A DNA stretch of 6,758 nt from an archaeon (lineage in GTDB: Archaea > Iainarchaeota > Iainarchaeia > Iainarchaeales > CSSED10-239), in NCBI GenBank assembly GCA_035390665.1, contig DAOOUC010000020.1:1-6758 (forward strand). Direction: 5' to 3'. The notes below the pieces were generated by a model. It ran no database searches and was not told where the DNA came from. It worked only from the letters and a program-made list of their open reading frames with translations. Below, one piece after another: positions 1 through 5,971 of the stretch; within the stretch, counting starts at the first letter, position 1; every line of letters begins with the position of its first letter. The translations under genes were made by a program, and so were the position numbers.

Positions 1-2
1 GG

Positions 3-25
3 ATCCTAAAAAATTAGGATTTTTT
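3..25 (+). terminator. Possible weak hairpin plus T-tract terminator of an upstream gene outside the window
   Basis: ATCCTAA (3-9), loop AAAA (10-13), TTAGGAT (14-20), then TTTTT (21-25). The stem is only 7 bp and AT-rich. Confidence 0.3.
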
Positions 26-33
26 ATGAGACC

Positions 34-45
34 GCAACCGGTTGC
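34..45. repeat. 12-bp perfect palindrome GCAACCGGTTGC in a local GC-rich patch
   Basis: The sequence GCAACCGGTTGC equals its own reverse complement. Bases 31-64 contain 23 G/C of 34 in an otherwise AT-rich window. Confidence 0.6.
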
Positions 46-112
46 ACTGGACAGCCACCCTCCCAAAAATGATGTCGTTTATAATTGCCATTATATTATT
101 GGTGATTATTTA

Positions 113-391
113 ATGCAAGAAAAGAATGAAATTGCAATTTTTGAAAATAAAAAGATTAGAAGGATATGGCATGAAGAAGATTGGTGGTTTTCAGTAGTTG
201 ATGTCGTTGGAGCATTGACTGACAGTTCTGAGCCAAAAAGATATTGGTCTGATTTGAAAATTAAGATGAGAGATGAGTCTGGAATTGAACCGTACGATAA
301 AATCGTACAGTTGAAATTAATAGCAGAAGATGGAAAATTAAGAGAAACAGATTGTGCAAACTTGGAAGGGATTTTTAGAATAACACAATAG
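113..391 (+). pseudogene. Truncated BRO-N / phage antirepressor-like domain protein (ORF can extend to 26, but ATG at 113 is the likelier start)
   Basis: Translation MQEKNEIAIFENKKIRRIWHEEDWWFSVVDVVGALTDSSEPKRYWSDLKIKM...IVQLKLIAEDGKLRETDCANLEGIFRITQ* matches the general pattern of BRO-N domains (iRRiwhedeWwFsvvDVvgaLtds...YWsdLK...LKl.A.DGK.R.tDcan.egifRiiQ). It stops right after FRITQ, where BRO-N normally continues. Confidence 0.75.
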
Positions 392-395
392 AAAA

Positions 396-1049
396 TCACT
401 TGACTTTGTTTTTCCCAATTGGACACAATTCTTTTATTGGGCACATTTGACAATTAGGCCTTCTAGAAAAACAAACATTTTGTCCAAGTGTAACAAAAAG
501 ATAATTTGTTTTATTCCATAATTCATTTGGTAAAATCTTTCTTAGTTCCATTTCTGTTTCTAGTGGTGTTTTTGTATTAACAATTTCTAAAAGATTAGTA
601 ATCCTATGAACATGAGTGTCTACACATATTCCAGGTTTTCCAAAGGCAACAGAAACAACCAAGTTAGCAGTTTTTCTTCCAACTCCTGGTAGTTCTAATA
701 ACCTTTCAATCTCTTCAGGGACTTTCCCCGCAAATTTTTCTTTAACAACCCTTGGTAGTTCTTTAAGATGTTTAGCTTTAGTCTTATAAAATCCAACAGG
801 ATAAAGTAATTTTTCAAGTTCTTTTTGTGAAATCTTTTCAAGATCTTCAAGTCCTTTTACTTTTTCAAACAATCCTTTACAAACAACAGCAGTAGTTTTG
901 TCAAGTGTTCTTGCAGATAAAATTGTAGCCACTAAGACAAAGAAAGGATCTTTATATTTCTCATGAACAGATTCAGCAAAAGGTAAATCAAACTTTTCTA
1001 CTTCTTTATCAAGAATAGAATATATTAGTTTAATTTCTTTAATTTCCAT
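396..1049 (-). CDS. nth: Endonuclease III (HhH-GPD DNA glycosylase/AP lyase with [4Fe-4S] cluster)
   Basis: 217 aa. Contains the helix-hairpin-helix LPGVGRKTA with candidate catalytic Lys, VDTHVHR with catalytic Asp, and a C-terminal C-x6-C-x2-C-x5-C motif (CFSRRPNCQMCPIKELC). ILSARTLDKTT and LYPVGFYKTKAKHLKEL resemble archaeal Nth proteins. Confidence 0.96.
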   Translation of the reverse strand: MEIKEIKLIYSILDKEVEKFDLPFAESVHEKYKDPFFVLVATILSARTLDKTTAVVCKGLFEKVKGLEDLEKISQKELEKLLYPVGFYKTKAKHLKELPRVVKEKFAGKVPEEIERLLELPGVGRKTANLVVSVAFGKPGICVDTHVHRITNLLEIVNTKTPLETEMELRKILPNELWNKTNYLFVTLGQNVCFSRRPNCQMCPIKELCPIGKNKVK

Positions 1050-1055
1050 ATTTTA

Positions 1056-1481
1056 TCATTTCTTAAAAGTAATTTTACGATTAGCAGTATAATTCCAGAA
1101 AAATCCAATGCCAATAGCAAACACTTTACCAATCATATAATGCAATCCAAGTACATCAACGCAAATCTTTAGCACTCCAAGATTAATCAATAATCCGATA
1201 ATTGAAATAAAAACAAATAATCCAAACTGTTTTGCAATCTTTTTTTCTGCATCCTTAAATGTAAAATACTTCTGCCCTAAGTAAGCAACAACTGCTCCTA
1301 AGAAGAAAGAAATTGTTCCAGAAACAAGATAATTAATCTTAATAACATCAGTAAGTAGGAACAAAAACAAAACATCTACGATTGTAGCAATAACTGAAAC
1401 AAAAAGATAACTCCAAAATAATTTATCAAATCTATTAACTATTGGAATTTTTTTAATTAATTTAGTAATTATTGCAGTCAT
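1056..1481 (-). CDS. GtrA-like multi-pass membrane protein
   Basis: 141 aa with about four hydrophobic segments. GtrA-type patterns include SYLFVSVIATIVDVLFLFLL, GAVVAYLGQKYFTFKD and the C-terminal FFWNYTANRKITFKK. It overlaps the galE stop by 4 nt (ATGA). Confidence 0.85.
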   Translation of the reverse strand: MTAIITKLIKKIPIVNRFDKLFWSYLFVSVIATIVDVLFLFLLTDVIKINYLVSGTISFFLGAVVAYLGQKYFTFKDAEKKIAKQFGLFVFISIIGLLINLGVLKICVDVLGLHYMIGKVFAIGIGFFWNYTANRKITFKK

Positions 1482-2473
1482 ATTTTTTTGTATCCGTTTG
1501 GATGGGTTTTATGCCAATTATATGCTGTAGAAATTATGGTTCTAATATCTGAATATTTCGGGCTCCATCCCAGAATTTTTCTTATTTTAGTTGAATCTGC
1601 TAAAAGTATTGGAGGATCTCCAGCTCTTCTCTCTGTATAATTAACAATTGCTTTTTTCCCTATAATATCTTCAGAAACAGTAATTATTTCTTTATTAGAA
1701 AATCCGTTTCCGCTTCCTATATTAAATATATTAGATTGTCCACCAGTAATTAAATGATTAATTGCAAGAACGTGTGCTTGTGCAAGATCAGTAACATGAA
1801 CATAATCTCTAATACAAGTTCCGTCTTTAGTTTCATAATCTGTTCCAAAAATTTTAATTTCTTGATTATTAATTATTGCATTTATTACAATCGGAATTAA
1901 ATGTGTTTCTGGATTATGATCTTCTCCGAGATTTCCACTGGAGTCTGCACCAGAAGCATTAAAATATCTTAAAGCCACAAAATGAAATCCATAAGCATTC
2001 TCAAAATATTTTAACATTTTTTCTACAATTAATTTAGTTTCGCCATAAGGATTAATTGGATCAAGTGTGTCTTCTTCTGTAATAGGAATTCTTCTAGGTG
2101 ATCCATAAACAGCCGCACTTGAAGAAAAAACAATTTTATTTACATTACATTCTTTCATACAATTAAGAAGATTAAGTGTATTTATTACATTATTAGTATA
2201 ATATTTTTCAGGGATTTTAACAGATTCTCCAACAGCCAAATATCCTGCAAAATGAATAACTGCATCAATTTTTTCTTTAATAAGTGTTTCTTTTAATAAT
2301 TGAGAATCAGATAAATCTCCACAAATTAATTTAGTATTTAAAATTGCTTCTTTATGTCCAGCTTCTAGATTATCAAAAACAACCGGATTATGTCCACTTT
2401 CTTTTAATTCTTTAACAGTATGGCTTCCAATATAACCTGCACCACCACAAACTAAAATATTCATATTAATCAC
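1478..2473 (-). CDS. galE: UDP-glucose 4-epimerase (extended SDR family)
   Basis: 331 aa from a GTG at 2473, or from an ATG at 2464 (MNILVCGG...). Has the Rossmann motif GGAGYIGS, FAGYLAVGESV, SSSAAVYG, catalytic YGETK, LRYFNASGAD, TYETKDGTCIRDYVHVTDLA and VNYTERRAGDPPILLADSTK, all characteristic of GalE. Confidence 0.95.
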   Translation of the reverse strand: MINMNILVCGGAGYIGSHTVKELKESGHNPVVFDNLEAGHKEAILNTKLICGDLSDSQLLKETLIKEKIDAVIHFAGYLAVGESVKIPEKYYTNNVINTLNLLNCMKECNVNKIVFSSSAAVYGSPRRIPITEEDTLDPINPYGETKLIVEKMLKYFENAYGFHFVALRYFNASGADSSGNLGEDHNPETHLIPIVINAIINNQEIKIFGTDYETKDGTCIRDYVHVTDLAQAHVLAINHLITGGQSNIFNIGSGNGFSNKEIITVSEDIIGKKAIVNYTERRAGDPPILLADSTKIRKILGWSPKYSDIRTIISTAYNWHKTHPNGYKKI

Positions 2474-2554
2474 ATTTGTTTAATATCTATAGAAACACAA
2501 TATATTTAAAATATAACTTAAATATATTTATATTAACTTGAGAGATAAAGTAAC
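2465..2554. promoter_or_regulatory. Divergent intergenic region with candidate archaeal-type TATA elements facing both ways
   Basis: AT-rich stretch TATATTTAAAATATAACTTAAATATATTTATATTA at 2501-2534. The plus-strand TTTATATT (2527-2534) is centred about 25 nt upstream of the ATG at 2555. On the minus strand, TATATTTTAAATATA (2501-2515) lies about 35 nt upstream of the GTG at 2473 and about 44 nt upstream of the ATG at 2464. Confidence 0.5.
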
Positions 2555-4003
2555 ATGGAAGCAAGCGAAAAAAGAACCATTATAAAAAACATAAAATGGT
2601 TAACAATTTCAAAAATAATAGTATATCTTCTTTCAATTATAACTATAACTTTAATTCCCAGATATTTGGGAGTTGAAGGTTATGGGCAACTAAATTTTAT
2701 AATTTCATTTGTTGGAATATTTTCTATCCTTGGAGATTTGGGACTTCAGACTTTAACAGTAAGAGACATATCTAAAAATCCAGATAAAGCAAGTGAATAT
2801 TTCAATAATCTTTTTTTATTTAGAATATTAATATCTATAATGTTTGTTTTTATGGTTTTTATTTTTGCAATATTTTTGCCATCTCCACCAACACTTGAGC
2901 AAATAATTATTTATACAATAGGAATAGGTTTTTTCGTATTAGGTAGTTTTAATCTTGCTTTTTTAAATGGTTTTCAGGAAATAAAATATCAAGCAACCTC
3001 TGATGTCATTCAAAAAACGGCGTATGCCTTTGGAGTAATTCTAGTAGTAATCTTTAATTATAAATTATTTGGAATAATTGTGGCAAGTGCAATATCTAGT
3101 GTCTTTTTGTTTGTTTTTTCTTTTTTTGCTATTAAGAGGTTTATTAAAATAAAAAAGCTAAAATTAAATAAAAAATACATAAAAGAAAAAATAATTTTTG
3201 CAAGCCCATTTATTTTAACAAGTATATTTTGGATGATTTATTTTAATATTGATAGAATATTTATAACTTATTTTAAAGGAAATTATGCTACTGGATTATA
3301 TTCCATAAGTTACACTTTTATTGGATTTCTTTTAGGGATTATTGGCATATTTAATACAGTATTTTTTCCTGTGCTTTCAAATGTTTCAAGTAATAAACAA
3401 AAATTAAAGTCAATTGTTGATAAATATTTGTTATTAATGTATATTTTTTGTATTCCAGTAACAGTTGGAGGAATATATCTTGCGCCAAAAATAATTTCTC
3501 TGGTATTTGGTAGTCAATATCTTGGAGGCACTCTTGCCTTTCAATTGATAATGTTTTTCTTTTTGTTAAATTCCATAGGAATTATAAATTACCATTTACT
3601 AATAACAAACAACCTAGAAAAATATTCTTTAAAGATTTTAGGATTATCTGCTGCGATAAACATTTTATTAAATTTTATATTTGTTCCTTGGTTTGGAATA
3701 ATTGGAGCCGCAATAACCACAATAATATCTGAAATAATAATATTTTTGTTAAGTTACAAAAAAATAAAATCAGACATAATTAAAATTAACTATTTATCTT
3801 CAATAATAAAACCAATTGTAGCTTCCGGGATTATGCTATTTGGATTAATACTTTTCAATGTCCTTTATCCAACAGGAATACTACACAACAACTTTGATGT
3901 ATTAATATCTATTATAATTGGTGGAGTAGTTTATATTGCAATTCTATTTACAACAAGAGTAATAACCCTAAATCAAATAAAGGAACTGTTAAAAAATGAA
4001 TAA
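2555..4003 (+). CDS. Polysaccharide/oligosaccharide flippase, Wzx/RfbX-like (MOP superfamily)
   Basis: 482 aa and highly hydrophobic. Typical N-terminus NIKWLTISKIIVYLLSIITITLIPRYLGVEGYGQLNFIISFVGIFSILGDLGLQTLTVRDISK, with FVFSFFAIKRF and IFITYFKGNYATGLYSISYTFIGFLLG. Confidence 0.92.
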   Translation: MEASEKRTIIKNIKWLTISKIIVYLLSIITITLIPRYLGVEGYGQLNFIISFVGIFSILGDLGLQTLTVRDISKNPDKASEYFNNLFLFRILISIMFVFMVFIFAIFLPSPPTLEQIIIYTIGIGFFVLGSFNLAFLNGFQEIKYQATSDVIQKTAYAFGVILVVIFNYKLFGIIVASAISSVFLFVFSFFAIKRFIKIKKLKLNKKYIKEKIIFASPFILTSIFWMIYFNIDRIFITYFKGNYATGLYSISYTFIGFLLGIIGIFNTVFFPVLSNVSSNKQKLKSIVDKYLLLMYIFCIPVTVGGIYLAPKIISLVFGSQYLGGTLAFQLIMFFFLLNSIGIINYHLLITNNLEKYSLKILGLSAAINILLNFIFVPWFGIIGAAITTIISEIIIFLLSYKKIKSDIIKINYLSSIIKPIVASGIMLFGLILFNVLYPTGILHNNFDVLISIIIGGVVYIAILFTTRVITLNQIKELLKNE

Positions 4004-4481
4004 ACCAAATGTATTATTTATTTTGGGATCTGGGGGGCACACAGCCCAGATGATAGAACTATCTAAAGAACTAAAAAAAAAAATTAATTATATATATATT
4101 ATTCAAAAAGGCGACACACTTTCTAAATCAAAAATAATTTATCCAGGAAAGATAATTTATGTTACTCGCCCAAGAGAAATACAAGAATCTTATATTGTTT
4201 CTTTTTTTAAAACAACTAAATTGTTTTTTAAAGCATTAGACATTATTAATAGAAACAAAATCACCTCAATAATAACTGCAGGTCCTGGAATTGCAATTCC
4301 TTTCTGCTATACAGGAAAGATGCTAGGAAAAAAAATAATATTTATAGAAAGTTGGTCAAGAGTTACAAAGAAATCAATTTCTGGTAAATTAATCTATCCA
4401 ATTTCGGATTTATTTTTTGTACAATGGAAAGAGAATTTAATAAATTATCCTAAAGCAAAATACTGTGGGAGATTAAAATGA
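3996..4481 (+). CDS. Alg14/PssD-like subunit of a two-component GT28-type glycosyltransferase
   Basis: 161 aa. Has VLFILGSGGHTAQMIEL, TAGPGIAIPFCYTGKMLGKKIIFIESWSRV, DLFFVQW and YCGRL, the characteristic Alg14 pattern. It is immediately followed by an Alg13-like gene. Confidence 0.9.
   Translation: MNKPNVLFILGSGGHTAQMIELSKELKKKINYIYIIQKGDTLSKSKIIYPGKIIYVTRPREIQESYIVSFFKTTKLFFKALDIINRNKITSIITAGPGIAIPFCYTGKMLGKKIIFIESWSRVTKKSISGKLIYPISDLFFVQWKENLINYPKAKYCGRLK
4467..4471 (+). promoter_or_regulatory. Shine-Dalgarno-like site for the Alg13-like gene
   Basis: GGGAG ends about 6 nt upstream of the ATG at 4478 (tactgtGGGAGattaaaATG). Confidence 0.4.
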
Positions 4482-4936
4482 AAACAAAGATATTTGTAAC
4501 AACAGGTTCTGTTTTAGAATTTGATATATTAACAAAAGAAATAGATAAGATTAATGAAAATAAAAGATATGCAATTATTTGTCAAATAGGGATAGGAAAA
4601 TACATTCCAAAAAATGCAGAACACTTTAGATTTAAAAAAAATTTAGATAAAGACTACTCTTGGGCAGACATAGTAATAACACACACCGGTGCAGGCACTT
4701 TATTTGAATTATTACACAAAAACAAGAAAATAATATGTATATCTAATCCCAAAGCAACAGACAATCACGAACTAGCAGAACAATTAAATAAAGAAAGACA
4801 CCTTATATTTTTAAAAGGAGAAGACATAAAACAATTAAATAAAACTCTACAAAAAATACAAAATCTAAAACAAGAAAAATATAAGCCAATCAAATCCACG
4901 ATAGGAAAAGAAATATTAAACTATATAAATAGATGA
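4478..4936 (+). CDS. Alg13/PssE-like catalytic subunit (GT28 C-terminal domain glycosyltransferase)
   Basis: 152 aa. Has IFVTTGSVLEFDILTKEID, ADIVITHTGAGTLFELLHKNKKIICISNP and DNHELAEQLNKERH, the donor-binding half typical of Alg13/PssE. Coupled by a 4-nt ATGA overlap to the Alg14-like ORF. Confidence 0.88.
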   Translation: MKTKIFVTTGSVLEFDILTKEIDKINENKRYAIICQIGIGKYIPKNAEHFRFKKNLDKDYSWADIVITHTGAGTLFELLHKNKKIICISNPKATDNHELAEQLNKERHLIFLKGEDIKQLNKTLQKIQNLKQEKYKPIKSTIGKEILNYINR

Positions 4937-4942
4937 AATCTT

Positions 4943-5971
4943 ATGATAAAAATATGTTTTATAGGCCCAGAATCTCCACATTTAGATAGATGGATTAATT
5001 ATTTTAAAAATATCAAAGATTTTAAAGTAATTTATATTAAATATCCTAAATATAAGAATATTTTTCAATATTTGTGGGATATATTAAGAGTGTGTTTTAA
5101 ATATCTTAAGATAAAGAAAGAAGTTAATATATTTAATATTCATTATTTAGGAAATTTTGCATTTTTTTTATCTTTATTTTCAAATAAAAATGTGATTTTT
5201 ACGGCATGGGGTTCTGATATTTTAATTGCTCCTAAAAATAAATTTCGCCGATCAATGTTAAAACAAACATTAAAAAAGGCAGAAATAATAACTAGCGATA
5301 CGGAAAAATTATTGCATATATTAAATGAAAAATACAATATTTCTCAGGATAAATTAAAATTAGTTCGTTTCGGCACAAATACAAATAAATGGAAAAAATT
5401 GAATTGTTCTGCTGATTCTAAATTTGGAATAACGGTTGTGAGTTTAAGAAATTTAGAACCGATATACGATATAAATACACTAATATTAGCGGCAAATGAA
5501 GTTGTTAAAGAAAATAAAAACGTTGGTTTCTATATATATGGAGATGGTTCAGAAAGACAAAATTTAGAAAAACAAATTATTGATTTGAAATTACAAAAAA
5601 ATGTATTTCTACTAGGACGATATACTGAAGATCAAATAATAAAAAAATTAGCGAATACAGATTTATATGTTTCTACCTCTAAATCAGATGGGGGATTAGC
5701 AGCAAGTACTGCTGAAGCTATGGCTTGCGAAGTTATTCCAATAGTTACTGATTTTGGAGACAATAATTACTGGGTTACTAAAAATAATGGTTTTTTATTT
5801 AAAATAGGGGATTATAAAAGATTATCGGAACATATTATTAATTACAGTAATAATAAACAAAAATACAAATTATATGGTAAAAAATCAAGAGAAAAAATTG
5901 TTAATGAATTATCATATATTAAAGAAATGCAAAAATTAGAAAAACTTTTTAAAGAGGTAAAAAATGAGTAA
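4943..5971 (+). CDS. Glycosyltransferase family 4-like protein (GT-B fold)
   Basis: 342 aa. Has TAWGSDIL, VSLRNLEPIYDINTLILAANEV, FYIYGDGSERQNLEKQI, VFLLGRYTEDQI and STSKSDGGLAASTAEAMACEVIPIVTDFGDN. Confidence 0.9.
   Translation: MIKICFIGPESPHLDRWINYFKNIKDFKVIYIKYPKYKNIFQYLWDILRVCFKYLKIKKEVNIFNIHYLGNFAFFLSLFSNKNVIFTAWGSDILIAPKNKFRRSMLKQTLKKAEIITSDTEKLLHILNEKYNISQDKLKLVRFGTNTNKWKKLNCSADSKFGITVVSLRNLEPIYDINTLILAANEVVKENKNVGFYIYGDGSERQNLEKQIIDLKLQKNVFLLGRYTEDQIIKKLANTDLYVSTSKSDGGLAASTAEAMACEVIPIVTDFGDNNYWVTKNNGFLFKIGDYKRLSEHIINYSNNKQKYKLYGKKSREKIVNELSYIKEMQKLEKLFKEVKNE
5954..5958 (+). promoter_or_regulatory. Shine-Dalgarno-like site for the downstream epimerase gene
   Basis: GAGGT sits 5 nt upstream of the ATG at 5964, inside the 3' end of the GT4 gene. 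Confidence 0.45.

Noticed and set aside
26-112. N-terminal 29-codon extension of the BRO-like ORF (MRPQPVALDSHPPKNDVVYNCHYIIGDYL)
   Set aside because: BRO-N homology starts just after the internal ATG at 113, and the extension passes through the GC-rich palindromic patch. It looks like fortuitous open frame rather than coding sequence.
106-453. Minus-strand ORF of 115 aa
   Set aside because: It lies antisense to the recognisable BRO-N-like ORF and overlaps the nth 3' end. The translation has no recognisable domain, so it is most likely a shadow ORF.
1483-1489. T7 run at the galE/gtrA junction as a transcription terminator
   Set aside because: It lies within the galE coding sequence next to a 4-nt galE/gtrA overlap. 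In the minus-strand transcript it is an A-tract, so it cannot be a U-tract terminator for that operon.
5143-5337. Minus-strand ORF of 64 aa
   Set aside because: Entirely antisense to the well-supported GT4 gene, short and with no domain features.
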